This document shows, piece after piece, positions 41,491-51,020 of a stretch of 64,000 bases of DNA (its first letter is position 1; every line of letters starts with the position of its first letter). The notes below the pieces were generated by a model. That model made no database searches. It saw only the letters and a program-made list of their open reading frames with translations, and was not told the origin of the DNA. This DNA is from Candidatus Parcubacteria bacterium (GTDB lineage Bacteria; Patescibacteriota; Saccharimonadia; UBA4664; JBIOIQ01), in assembly GCA_963718875.1 (NCBI GenBank), contig OY970378.1:68396-132395 (forward strand), written 5' to 3'. Position numbers and translations under genes: made by a program.

Positions 41491-43572
41491 TTAAGGGGTT
41501 CCCGGCAGTCCTTGGTGTTCGATCTTACCGGTGTCAGCAATGTAGTCGTTAAAGAAGTCAACGCCAGTCATATCCCGATTGTCGAACCTTATGCTTTCTG
41601 CTGCCAAGATATTGTGGAATTCGTTGTCGGTTCGAACCTTATCTTTGAAATACGCAACGAGTTGTTGGTCAACCTTGGAGCGTTGATCAGCTGAACTAGC
41701 GATAGTACGGAAGTTGCTGAGCGCCTTTGATACACGGTCTTTTTTGCCTGCAGCAACGTCGGCTGGGTTAGCATCGGTTCCAACAGGAGCCATGATACGG
41801 TTGAAATATTTGTCGGCACCTGAACCATGGATTGATGCTACCTGAGAGGCGCTTAAACCATCATAGGCAACATGTTTTTTGCCTGGGTTAAGCATAGGAA
41901 TGGCTTGAATGGCTTGGGGCATGACGCCACTAGAGCCCATGCCTCGGAACCAGGTATCAGCTGATTCATTGCCAGTAGGTAGGCCCAAACCAGCAATGTA
42001 CTCACCTTTGTAATTGTCTCTCGTAGGATCAAAAATTTGAGCATGAATTTTATTTAGCTCAACGTTGCCGCCTTGCTTAGCAATTTGACCTATAGCTTGA
42101 GCTTGCATGGCTTTGGTAATTTTTTCCTTTTTTGTTCTACCATCTAGCCCGGTGTAAATAAAATCATTGCCGTGTCCTGCCAAAACAACTTTTTTCATTA
42201 AGTCATCATTACTAAGCCCAAGATCATCGAATCTGATGCCCCAGTCTTTCATTTGGGCGCCAATGGCAGCGTCATAGCCTTTAGCTAGTCGACGTCGACC
42301 AGGTTGTCCTAGGCCGGGTTGCCCAGCTCGGGCTCGTCCCAATGCGCGTTCCCATTTATGGCTCGCGTCACGTTGGGCAATAAAGCCCTTTTCCTGACGT
42401 GATTCTTTGATATCTTTCTTTAACTGGCCACCAAGAAAGCCTTTGGCACGATCCTGAGAGCCAAACACCCTACCGGAAACAGTTCCCATAATGCCACTGG
42501 CGATCTTGAAAGTTGCTGGTATGGCCAGGAACACTAGGATGGGGATGAGGCTGGCAAAAATAACGTTAATTTCGTGCGAGCCAAAAATGCCGTCGGTCTC
42601 GCTAGCAACTCGGGCTAGAAACCCACCGATGGAAAGCAGGATAACAATTAGCGGGTACACTAAAATAACCCGAACCATGTTTTTTACCCACTGCTTAAAG
42701 TAAACTTCGGTGTTGGGCAATACCCAAGCGGCAAAAGCCAGTGGTGAGAGTACAATTAAAACAGCAATAATTAGTTGTCTTAGGGCCAGCGTAAAGAATA
42801 CCCCCAGCACACTGATGATGAATCCACCTAGCATCAAGAGGATGGCCGGCCAGGTCAAAATAACTCCGGCTATGACAGCGGTTAGTCCGGCTATACCAAA
42901 AGTGATTATCGAACCGACATTAAAAATACCGTGAGTTATGTCTTGAGAGGTTCCGGCGGTTGTTCCTAACTGGCTCATGATGCTACCTATGCCGGCACCA
43001 GAAACATTACCGATATCAATGATGAAGGCGGTTACAAAGAAAGATACTTGCACTCCAATGGCGGCAATTATGAGTTTGGGTAAGAGGCTTTTAAGGGCGT
43101 ATGAGCCTTCAGATGAAACCATGTTTCCAAAAATTAAGGCTAGGAAAATGAGGATAAACATTACATCGGCCAAGTTTCGAATAGCTTTCCAAGCTTCGTA
43201 GAGGCCGCTGTCTTGGGTTAGCGGCTTGGTTTCAAGCATATCAATTACGAGCTTGCTAATCTTGGCCACGGTTTCAACGCCAGCATTAATAAGCGGGCAA
43301 ACAATCCAGCCCAAGCCTCCCCCGCTACATGATGGTTTGGTGTAGCTACTAGGGTCGGAATCGCCATTACCGCCGGGAAGAATTGGTGCAGTGCTAGTTG
43401 GGCTTGTAGAAGTGGGTGATGTTGTGGAGGTTGTTCCTGGTGTAGTGGTTGTGGTTGTACCAGTTGAGGTGGTTGCGGGTGCGGTTTGGGCGTACACTAA
43501 GCTCGCTTGACTCATGCAGAGCCAGGCGATAAGTAAGGTGATTAAACCGGTTGCGAACCTTCGAATGGACAT
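41491..43572 (-). CDS. VirB6/TrbL-like polytopic membrane protein
   Basis: Signal peptide, Thr-rich linker, GGLGWIVCPLI, W..IRNLA, LRQLII..L..LSPLAFAAWVLPNTE..F..W. Confidence 0.7.
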   Translation of the reverse strand: MSIRRFATGLITLLIAWLCMSQASLVYAQTAPATTSTGTTTTTTPGTTSTTSPTSTSPTSTAPILPGGNGDSDPSSYTKPSCSGGGLGWIVCPLINAGVETVAKISKLVIDMLETKPLTQDSGLYEAWKAIRNLADVMFILIFLALIFGNMVSSEGSYALKSLLPKLIIAAIGVQVSFFVTAFIIDIGNVSGAGIGSIMSQLGTTAGTSQDITHGIFNVGSIITFGIAGLTAVIAGVILTWPAILLMLGGFIISVLGVFFTLALRQLIIAVLIVLSPLAFAAWVLPNTEVYFKQWVKNMVRVILVYPLIVILLSIGGFLARVASETDGIFGSHEINVIFASLIPILVFLAIPATFKIASGIMGTVSGRVFGSQDRAKGFLGGQLKKDIKESRQEKGFIAQRDASHKWERALGRARAGQPGLGQPGRRRLAKGYDAAIGAQMKDWGIRFDDLGLSNDDLMKKVVLAGHGNDFIYTGLDGRTKKEKITKAMQAQAIGQIAKQGGNVELNKIHAQIFDPTRDNYKGEYIAGLGLPTGNESADTWFRGMGSSGVMPQAIQAIPMLNPGKKHVAYDGLSASQVASIHGSGADKYFNRIMAPVGTDANPADVAAGKKDRVSKALSNFRTIASSADQRSKVDQQLVAYFKDKVRTDNEFHNILAAESIRFDNRDMTGVDFFNDYIADTGKIEHQGLPGTP

Positions 43573-43720
43573 TGCGGTACGCTCTTCCTTGTAAGCAAGT
43601 TGACAATTGTGTCAACGATCGCGAGAATACTTTCACGCGAATTACAAAGTATACCACATTTATGGCGCTTATGGAAGAGTTTTATCTGTTGGAAGCACAA
43701 GCGTTTAAGTTTGTGAGAGG

Positions 43721-43779
43721 AAAACAAAACACAAGCATTTCGAGGGAAGCTCCCTCTTATTGCTTGTGTTTTGTTTTTT
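43721..43779. terminator. Long bidirectional hairpin/terminator
   Basis: AAAACAAAACACAAGCA..GAGGGA..TCCCTC..TGCTTGTGTTTTGTTTT. Confidence 0.7.
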
Positions 43780-43807
43780 GCCTGATCACAAGTCCAGATT
43801 AGACTTA

Positions 43808-46522
43808 TCACGGCGGTGGCGGTGGCGGTGGCGGTGGCGGTGGCGGTGGCGGTGGCGGTGGCGGTGGCGGTGGCGGTGGCGGTGGCGGTGGCGGTGGCGG
43901 TGGCGGTGGCGGTGGCGGTGGCGGTGGCGGTGGCGGTGGCGGTGGCGGTGGCGGTGGCGGTGGCGGTGGCGGTGGCGGTGGCGGTGGCGGTGGCGGGCCT
44001 GATACAGAAGGTGGGGGCGCCTTAAGAGTTTTTGATGCACGGTCAACATGGTTGTCAAGGAAGTCTTGTAGGCTCATTTCATTACCGTTGAGAGTAATTT
44101 TGTGTGCCCGGGTGTTAACAGTAGGGTCTGACTCAAGAGCTAGAAGTGCTTCTACGCCCTTGCTTGAAAAGTTGGTTCTAGAAGTGGAATCTTCCATGAC
44201 TTGAGCGATTTGACCCATAAGGGGGTCAATTCTGCCTTCACTTGCAGCAAGCTCAACAGCTTCGGCTTGGCGCTCTTTAGAAAAATTGGCAAGCGCTTGA
44301 CCATTGGCTCCTCGGAGTTGCTCGTAGCCGTCAGGACGGAAGCCAGATTTTGCAGCCCAAGAACCATTGGATCCTTCGTGAGCATTCGACCATAGTTGCG
44401 CGGCTTTTGTTGCGTTGATCCTTCCCCCAGTTTTTGCTTTCAGCTTATTTGGGTCAAATTTACCATTTGCGCCTTGAAGACCTGCAGAAGTATGTACCAC
44501 TGCTCCAGTTTCGTCTTTCCAGTCGCCGCCTTGCATAAGTTTGGCGTATTCTGAGCTCCCTCCATTGCGCATTAGTCTTTCAAGAGCTGCTTGATACATT
44601 TGATCGTCCATTTTGGTTCCATCTGGTAATTCTCCCTTGGCCAAGGCTAAACCTAAGGCCACGTTGTCCGGGGTAAGACGCTTAAGCGTCTCGTCGTGGT
44701 CTTTGCGTCTAGCGGCCTCGGCGGCACCGATACTGGCATTCCTTCTTCGTTGGCCTGTCGGCCCATAGCTAAAAGCATTGCCCGATCCGACCCGACCCAG
44801 AACTTTTTTTATGCGGCCAGAGTCTGGGTCGCCCATCATAAGAGCGGCTTTTTCTCGGCTGGATTCTTTGGCATTTTTCATCAAGCCATTACTTCTTAGG
44901 CCCTTGCTCATTTTGCTGGCTCTCCCCTGAATGGCGCCGCTGACTGCTCCCATAAGCGTTCCCGAGGCCTTAAGGGTTTTTAATACCAAGAAAAATAAAA
45001 TGATGGGACCTAAGGATGACATAACTTGTTGGATTGGATCGCTTGCATTCCCCACCAAAGCCGGAAAGTCACTAATGATTTTGCCAGCGTAAATAAGAAT
45101 TACGATCATAGGGAACATTAGTAGTAGCTTAATTAAATTGGTGGACCACATTTTGAATAACTTTTCGGTATTGGGTAGTACCCAGGCAGCAAGTGCAATC
45201 GGAGACATTAATACCAAGAGATAGAGAATTATTATTCTGGCTTCGAGAGTAACAAATACTGCCAGGATCGAAACTAATGCACTTGCTAGTAAAAGTAACA
45301 AGGGTATTACAAGCCCTACAGCAACAGCGGCTGTGCCGGCAACAGCACCAATAGCCACAGCTTCTAGCCCTCCAAAGAATTGAATGGTACCACTATTGCC
45401 GCTACTAACGTCGTTTAAGGTGCTAAGTGGGGCTAAGAGTCCGCCTATGCCTCGTCCTAAAACATTGGTAAAGTCGATGGCAAAGGCCATAAGTACAAAT
45501 GAAAATTGCACCAAAATAACTGATAGTACTAGTCGTGGTAAAACTTTTTTAATGGTGTAGGCGTCTAAACCTAGGGCGTTACTTCCCAAAATAGCAAAGA
45601 ATATTAAGACAAAAAACACGTTGGCAATGTTTCGAATAATTACCCAGGCTTGGTAAACTGTGGTTGCGTTGCCACTACTATCTTCTGATGCCAGCGGGGC
45701 TGATTGGAGATAATTCAAAATTCTTGTTTCCAAGAAATTGACGGACCCTGTGGCCATGGAAATTAGCGGGCAAAGAATCCAACCTAACCCGCCTTGAATG
45801 TTGCATTTATCTTTAATGGAACCTGAATTTGAGGAGGCAAGACTAACTGAAGCATCGGGCGGCGTATTGCTGATAAGGACGGTACGCGTATCATTTGATT
45901 CGCATGCGTAGGTATTAAAAAATCCCACAATGGTTCTTTGAGTTTTCCTAGGGGTGAAGCGGCCAGTTTCACTGTTAGGGGCGGTTTGGACGGTGCTATG
46001 GCAGTCGCCACTGTTTTTTTGGCCGTAGATATTGGGTTCTGCTGAATTGTTTTGAAAAATTTCGGCCCCAATTTCATCATGTTGTCCGGTTTTAGCCCCT
46101 TTTAGCTCAAAATCGTAATTTGTGAAGGCCGGAGTTAAGGTGTCACCACTGGTCCTATAAAAGTAGACAGATGCTCTGGCTACTTCGCCCATTTCGAGCG
46201 GACGCTCACCGTCATATATGCAGTCAGAGTTGGCGGGATTGGAATGAAAGGAAAATAGGGTGGCTTTTGAGCTAGGATTTGGACTGCCCTCAAACCGTCC
46301 AATCCAGTTTGAGCAGGTTTTGTCGCCATTCAAATAATATTGACGTCCACTATCACCCAGAATGTTATCGATATAGACATCGTTGCCAACCTTGATATGG
46401 GCAGCGTCCAGCCAGGTGGCGTCAGCTGCATAAGCTGGAGTGGTAGGTAGGAGGACGGCGATCATGGGGATCAACACCAATAACATAAACGCTAATGCGC
46501 TTTTTTGCCTCAACCGGTTCAT
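43808..46522 (-). CDS. VirB6/TrbL-like membrane protein with Cys-containing N-terminal domain and C-terminal poly-proline tail
   Basis: Paralogous core to 41491..43572 (GGLGWILCPLI, W.IIRNIAN, SPIALAAWVLPNTE); ends in 62 Pro. Confidence 0.72.
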   Translation of the reverse strand: MNRLRQKSALAFMLLVLIPMIAVLLPTTPAYAADATWLDAAHIKVGNDVYIDNILGDSGRQYYLNGDKTCSNWIGRFEGSPNPSSKATLFSFHSNPANSDCIYDGERPLEMGEVARASVYFYRTSGDTLTPAFTNYDFELKGAKTGQHDEIGAEIFQNNSAEPNIYGQKNSGDCHSTVQTAPNSETGRFTPRKTQRTIVGFFNTYACESNDTRTVLISNTPPDASVSLASSNSGSIKDKCNIQGGLGWILCPLISMATGSVNFLETRILNYLQSAPLASEDSSGNATTVYQAWVIIRNIANVFFVLIFFAILGSNALGLDAYTIKKVLPRLVLSVILVQFSFVLMAFAIDFTNVLGRGIGGLLAPLSTLNDVSSGNSGTIQFFGGLEAVAIGAVAGTAAVAVGLVIPLLLLLASALVSILAVFVTLEARIIILYLLVLMSPIALAAWVLPNTEKLFKMWSTNLIKLLLMFPMIVILIYAGKIISDFPALVGNASDPIQQVMSSLGPIILFFLVLKTLKASGTLMGAVSGAIQGRASKMSKGLRSNGLMKNAKESSREKAALMMGDPDSGRIKKVLGRVGSGNAFSYGPTGQRRRNASIGAAEAARRKDHDETLKRLTPDNVALGLALAKGELPDGTKMDDQMYQAALERLMRNGGSSEYAKLMQGGDWKDETGAVVHTSAGLQGANGKFDPNKLKAKTGGRINATKAAQLWSNAHEGSNGSWAAKSGFRPDGYEQLRGANGQALANFSKERQAEAVELAASEGRIDPLMGQIAQVMEDSTSRTNFSSKGVEALLALESDPTVNTRAHKITLNGNEMSLQDFLDNHVDRASKTLKAPPPSVSGPPPPPPPPPPPPPPPPPPPPPPPPPPPPPPPPPPPPPPPPPPPPPPPPPPPPPPPPPPPPPP
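43811..43996 (-). repeat. Perfect hexamer microsatellite (CCGCCA)x30 + CCGCCG
   Basis: 186 nt, directly visible. Confidence 0.95.
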
Positions 46523-46631
46523 GAATACAGTTTAGCATAAAACGCTAATGGTTATGTCGCTTACTGATAACGCAACCAAAGTTATGTCCTGCCTTTGACA
46601 TTGTGGTTTTGCTTCGGATATGATCTAGCTA

Positions 46632-47336
46632 ATGAAAAAGTTAACAGCTCTAATCCCAGTCCTTGCTTTTGCAGTTGTAGTCACATTGTTATTTAGTCCA
46701 CGCGCTGCATTGGCGGATGAAAAAAGTCATTTGTATGGTAACTCAATATCGGAGTGCCGACCCGGGAGCTATTTGTTGTCTGAGCAAGCTGGGCCGGCGC
46801 TCGGAAATTCCTGTTTAACGTTGAGCGATGATAGGACTACTTATTCATCCGCGCCGGCGTCATCCGGTGCTTGTCCAGACAATAGTGAGGGCGCCAGGGG
46901 ATTTAAAGCCAGGCAAGGCACCGATCCAGCGCGATGTTTTTATTTTCAAACCGGTACACTTGAAGTTTCAACCCCTTCTTTATCTACGCCCACGCCTCAA
47001 GCCGGGACATCTCAGGCGTTTCAAGGAGGCTGCAATAACGGCGGCGTCAAGCTAGGGATTAATATTAACTCGAGTGATAATAATTGCGCCGGGGGCAATG
47101 GCGTAAACCCAATTTACGCTTATTTGCGCAGTATTATCCGTTTTGTATCGGGGCTGTTTGGGATAATTGCGGTATTAATGGTAATTCTGTCTGGTTTTCA
47201 ATACATGACATCCGCTGGCAGTCCAGAGGCTGTAAAAAAAGCTAAAAGCCGCTTGGCAAATGTAGTCTTGAGCATTATTGTATTTGCCATGATGTTTGGC
47301 ATCCTTAACTACTTGATTCCGGGAGGGGTAATTTAA
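46632..47336 (+). CDS. VirB2/TrbC-like pilin with extended Cys-rich N-terminal domain
   Basis: Signal peptide; C-terminal hydrophobic hairpin SGFQYMTSAGSPEAVKKAKSRL. Confidence 0.75.
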   Translation: MKKLTALIPVLAFAVVVTLLFSPRAALADEKSHLYGNSISECRPGSYLLSEQAGPALGNSCLTLSDDRTTYSSAPASSGACPDNSEGARGFKARQGTDPARCFYFQTGTLEVSTPSLSTPTPQAGTSQAFQGGCNNGGVKLGININSSDNNCAGGNGVNPIYAYLRSIIRFVSGLFGIIAVLMVILSGFQYMTSAGSPEAVKKAKSRLANVVLSIIVFAMMFGILNYLIPGGVI

Positions 47337-47683
47337 TGCATGCGTTTAAGATTTTGGCTGCTGCATGCACGCCGGGCGGTAACAATACTAGTTTTTTGTT
47401 GCCAGATCTTTACAAGGGTTTGCGAGGGTCCGACGGTCTCTGCATTACGAGCTTAACCGCTATTGAAGTATTGCTCATGAACATAGTGCAAATAATATTG
47501 GCTTTAGCGGGACTGGCGGCGGTATTCATGGTGATTTTTGCTGGATTTACTTACATTACTTCCAATGGTAACGCTCCCCAAATTACCAAAGCTAAGGATA
47601 CGTTGATAAACTGGGCGTTTGGTTTACTTATAATTATTGGTGCTTATGCTATTGTGGGTCTAGTGGCAGGAGCTTTGAACTAA
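47336..47683 (+). CDS. VirB2/TrbC-like pilin
   Basis: AGFTYITSNGNAPQITKAKDTL between two TM helices. Confidence 0.78.
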   Translation: MHAFKILAAACTPGGNNTSFLLPDLYKGLRGSDGLCITSLTAIEVLLMNIVQIILALAGLAAVFMVIFAGFTYITSNGNAPQITKAKDTLINWAFGLLIIIGAYAIVGLVAGALN

Positions 47684-47684
47684 G

Positions 47685-47990
47685 ATGGCTGTTGAATTTT
47701 TAGCTCAAGCCCAACAGCTTTGTCGGACTGCGGCTGATTGTGGCCTTCCTAATGTGGCTTTTACCAGCAGTACTTTGGGTCAAATTATTAGCTTGTTATA
47801 TAAGGTGTTGGCGGCCTGCTCAATTTTATTTCTTATGTTTGGGGCCTTTAAATACGCTGCTTCAGGTGGCGACTCAGCGGGTATAAAAAACGCCAAAGAA
47901 ACAATTTTGTACGCAGTTTTTGGCCTGATTATTAGTCTTTTAGCCTTTGTTGCGGTAACATATCTATCGAACAGAGCGGGAGGATTATAG
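47685..47990 (+). CDS. VirB2/TrbC-like pilin
   Basis: GAFKYAASGGDSAGIKNAKETILYA. Confidence 0.78.
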   Translation: MAVEFLAQAQQLCRTAADCGLPNVAFTSSTLGQIISLLYKVLAACSILFLMFGAFKYAASGGDSAGIKNAKETILYAVFGLIISLLAFVAVTYLSNRAGGL

Positions 47991-48394
47991 TGATTAAGCT
48001 AAAATCGGCATTTTTGACATTGCTTGTGGCTGTTGGCCTAGGCGGTGGATTAAGTGTGGTTCTTCCCTCGCTGGCTTTGGCAGCTGATACGCCTTCGCAA
48101 ATTATCACTACTCAAGCCTGTAAAACCAATCCATCTGCCCTTGGCTGCCGTGCAAACGATAAAGTCTTTGGTGCTGGCAGCATATTTAATAACGGCATAG
48201 CCGTATTGATAGGTTTAATAGCTTCAGTCTCGGTGGTGATGGTAGTAGTTGGTGGCTTGCGTTACGTGCTTTCTGGTGGCGATTCAGCTGGTATAAAAAG
48301 CGCTAAAGATACCATTTTGTATGCATTAATTGGGTTGGGTGTGGCGTTGGTGGCGTTTTTGATTGTTGGGTTTGTAATAGGAAGAATAGGATAA
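47990..48394 (+). CDS. VirB2/TrbC-like pilin
   Basis: GGLRYVLSGGDSAGIKSAKDTILYA. Confidence 0.8.
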   Translation: MIKLKSAFLTLLVAVGLGGGLSVVLPSLALAADTPSQIITTQACKTNPSALGCRANDKVFGAGSIFNNGIAVLIGLIASVSVVMVVVGGLRYVLSGGDSAGIKSAKDTILYALIGLGVALVAFLIVGFVIGRIG

Positions 48395-48395
48395 C

Positions 48396-48812
48396 ATGAG
48401 TATTATGAAACGAAGATTTCGAGATTATATTTATACCTCCGCCTTGCTGGCTCCAGCTGTTTTGCTTGGTGGGCGAGCCCTTGCAGTAGATCCCAACTCC
48501 CCTACAGCGCAGGCTTGCACTGGTATTGGCGGTACGCTTAATGCAGCTGGTAAATGTGTGGTCGCTACCTCTAGCGGCAAGGTTGGTGATCTGGGCACAG
48601 CTTTTAAAGCAGTGGCTAACACGCTCATTTTTGTTGTAGGGGCGATTTCGATCATCATGGTTATTATTGGGGGCTTGCGCTACGTGCTTTCAGGGGGTGA
48701 TTCAGCTGGGATAAAGAGCGCTAAAGATACGGTTTTATATGCCCTCATTGGTGTGGGCGTGGCAATTGTGGCTTATGCGCTAGTTAACTTTGTCATAACT
48801 GCAATCACATAA
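48396..48812 (+). CDS. VirB2/TrbC-like pilin
   Basis: GGLRYVLSGGDSAGIKSAKDTVLYA. Confidence 0.8.
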   Translation: MSIMKRRFRDYIYTSALLAPAVLLGGRALAVDPNSPTAQACTGIGGTLNAAGKCVVATSSGKVGDLGTAFKAVANTLIFVVGAISIIMVIIGGLRYVLSGGDSAGIKSAKDTVLYALIGVGVAIVAYALVNFVITAIT

Positions 48813-48924
48813 TCCAAATTAATTTTTATTATTCTTATGCTTAAATGTTGTTTTGGCCTAGTCAAGCGTTAGCAATTGTGATACAAAGAAACAGTAAACA
48901 AGCCTTTAAGGAGAACTTATTCAA

Positions 48925-49350
48925 ATGACACAAACAATAAAATCGTTGGGTGGTAGGGCAGCTGGTGCAGCCGTATTAATAGCTACATTTGGTACTGGAG
49001 CATATGCTGGAACGCCAGTAACATGTGACCCTACAACAAGTACCGATCCTATTCAAAGCGGCGTAAACTGCAGTCAGCCTGCAGGTAGGGCTGGAAATTC
49101 CCAACTTTTTGGTGGGACCGGATCTATTTTCCAAACTGTTGCTAATACACTTATTTTCATCGTAGGAGCTGTTTCAGTAGTAATGCTTATCATCGGTGGC
49201 TTGCGTTACGTATTGTCGAGTGGTGAAGCCTCAGCTGTTAAGGGTGCTAAAGACACCATTCTTTACGCCATTGTGGGTATTGTAGTGGCTATTCTGGCCT
49301 TTGCGGCCGTATCGTTTGTGACTGGTCGATTTGGCGAGCCTACTGCTTAA
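48925..49350 (+). CDS. VirB2/TrbC-like pilin (probable major subunit: own upstream region with AAGGAG RBS)
   Basis: GGLRYVLSSGEASAVKGAKDTILYA; followed by terminator. Confidence 0.8.
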   Translation: MTQTIKSLGGRAAGAAVLIATFGTGAYAGTPVTCDPTTSTDPIQSGVNCSQPAGRAGNSQLFGGTGSIFQTVANTLIFIVGAVSVVMLIIGGLRYVLSSGEASAVKGAKDTILYAIVGIVVAILAFAAVSFVTGRFGEPTA

Positions 49351-49369
49351 GCTTAAAAAGTTTTTATAC

Positions 49370-49404
49370 AAAAAAATCGCCTCTGGTAATGAGGCGATTT
49401 TTTT
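49370..49404 (+). terminator. Rho-independent terminator (bidirectional)
   Basis: AAAAAAATCGCCTC-loop-GAGGCGATTTTTTT. Confidence 0.85.
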
Positions 49405-49508
49405 GATGGCGGATTTCTTGTTTTGATTCAGCAGACGAGAGATGGAGCCCTATAGGTGGGAACATAGTTCGTCAAACTTTTAAAAGGTTGTTAGAGGAAA
49501 GAAATTGG

Positions 49509-49949
49509 TTATCCTACTGGCTTAACCTTAATTTTCTTAACCTTATCTTGGGCAACTTTGGGGATTGTAACGGTTAATACGCCGTCTTTAAGAGCAGCTG
49601 AGGCTTTTTCGGCAATGGTGGAGGTAGGCAGAATCACTGAGCGGGAAAACGAGCCCCAATAACATTCTTGAACGTAATAATGCTCGCGGTCAACTTCGCG
49701 CTCTTCTTTGCGTTCGCCCCTTAGGGTTACAACGTCTTCGGATACACTAATGTCAATATCGTCGGCTTTAACTCCAGCAATGGGAGCCTTAATGACCACA
49801 GAGTCTTTGGTTTGGTATACGTCAACGGCTAGCTGGCCTTCTAGCTCTTCGTCACCTAGCCAATCTTCGCCCGTACTGCTGTTATTATCGAGAAACTCGT
49901 CTTGCAAGACGTCTTCATCACCGTTTGGAGCGTTTTTCTTACCCGCCAT
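49509..49949 (-). CDS. Hsp20/alpha-crystallin small heat-shock protein
   Basis: GQLAVDVYQT, APIAGVK, ECYWGSFSRSVILP, LKDGVLTVTIPK; start could be 49949, 49958 or 49967. Confidence 0.92.
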   Translation of the reverse strand: MAGKKNAPNGDEDVLQDEFLDNNSSTGEDWLGDEELEGQLAVDVYQTKDSVVIKAPIAGVKADDIDISVSEDVVTLRGERKEEREVDREHYYVQECYWGSFSRSVILPTSTIAEKASAALKDGVLTVTIPKVAQDKVKKIKVKPVG

Positions 49950-50134
49950 TTTTACCATTTCCTCCATAATTATCAGGTTTGCTACCGTCCCCTCGGGTTG
50001 CTTATTTCAGCCACTTTCCACTATTATATGCAGACCAGGGACGGAAAAGCAACACAAGCAAGCATTTGGCGCTACGCGTCGGATGCTCATAACCAAGGAA
50101 AATGGGCCATGAGGGTGGGCTTTGACTCACTAAT

Positions 50135-50803
50135 ATGGCTTTTTTTGAAACACTTATTGCTATGATTGCACCTCATGCTTGCGTTCTTTGCGGAGTGGAA
50201 GGGCAAATGTTGTGCAAGAGCTGTTCGGCTAAGGCTGTGATTGTAAAACATTCAACCTGTTACCGATGTAATGCTCTGACTGACGACTGGCGGACGTGCC
50301 CATCGTGTAGGGTAAATACCCAGCTAAGTGGGGTGGTGGTTTCGGCCTATTATGACGGCGCAGTAAAAGAGCTCATTCATGAGCTTAAATACGAGCGCGC
50401 ACGGGCAGCTGCAGAAGTTTTGGCTACATTTTTGACCCCTCGTATCAATTCTAAAGAGTTTGATTTTGTGACGTCTGTACCAACTGATCCAGCCCGGAGG
50501 AGGCAAAGGGGGTATAACCAAGCGGAACTGATTGCAAAGGCTGTCGCCAAAGAGCTGAGCCTTCCTTACGTGCAAGTGTTGTTACGGGTGAAGCCAATTC
50601 ATCAAGTGGGGGCGGAGCGAAAACGGCGTTTACAACAGATTAAAGGAGCTTTTTTACCTTATCGAGAGCTGTTTATTAACGAGTCTCGCGTGTTGGTTGT
50701 TGATGATGTGGTAACTACGGGAGCGACATTGGCTGAGTGTGCCAGCGTTTTAAAAGCTGCTGGGGCCAAGCGAATTTGGGGAGCCGCCATTGCCAAGCAT
50801 TAG
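50135..50803 (-). CDS. placeholder
   Basis: No supported feature on this strand; see the + strand comF call at the same coordinates. Confidence 0.
50135..50803 (+). CDS. comF: ComF family competence protein (double Zn ribbon + PRTase)
   Basis: Four CxxC, LKY, RGYNQAE, VDDVVTTGATL. Confidence 0.9.
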   Translation: MAFFETLIAMIAPHACVLCGVEGQMLCKSCSAKAVIVKHSTCYRCNALTDDWRTCPSCRVNTQLSGVVVSAYYDGAVKELIHELKYERARAAAEVLATFLTPRINSKEFDFVTSVPTDPARRRQRGYNQAELIAKAVAKELSLPYVQVLLRVKPIHQVGAERKRRLQQIKGAFLPYRELFINESRVLVVDDVVTTGATLAECASVLKAAGAKRIWGAAIAKH

Positions 50804-50944
50804 CCTCCTTATGTCATCCTGAAGAGAAAGGTCGCTCAAGGCGACCGCTTCTACTGTTCAGGATCTTTTAATCCAGAATGGGTGGATGCGAGCAGTTGAG
50901 TTGTAATCTAGTGCTCATAGATGGTAATCTAACTTAGTTCATGC

Positions 50945-51020
50945 GCGCTCGTAGCTCAGTGGATAGAGCATCAGCTTGCGGTGCTGGGGGTCGGAGGTTC
51001 GAGTCCTCCCGGGCGCACCA
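50945..51020 (+). tRNA. tRNA-Arg, anticodon GCG
   Basis: Acceptor GCGCTCG/CGGGCGC, D arm, anticodon arm TCAGC-TTGCGGT-GCTGG, T loop GTTCGAGTC, encoded CCA. Confidence 0.95.

Noticed and set aside
43760-44058. RW-, HR- and AV-repeat ORFs
   Set aside because: Alternative frames of the hexamer tract; only the poly-Pro frame belongs to a long gene.
46632-49350. Type IV pilins or DGR targets
   Set aside because: No class III signal (G|FxxxE), no reverse transcriptase, and no adenine-specific TR/VR pair.
50135-50803. Minus-strand 'placeholder' entry in the feature list (confidence 0)
   Set aside because: Not a real feature; only the + strand comF call at these coordinates is supported.
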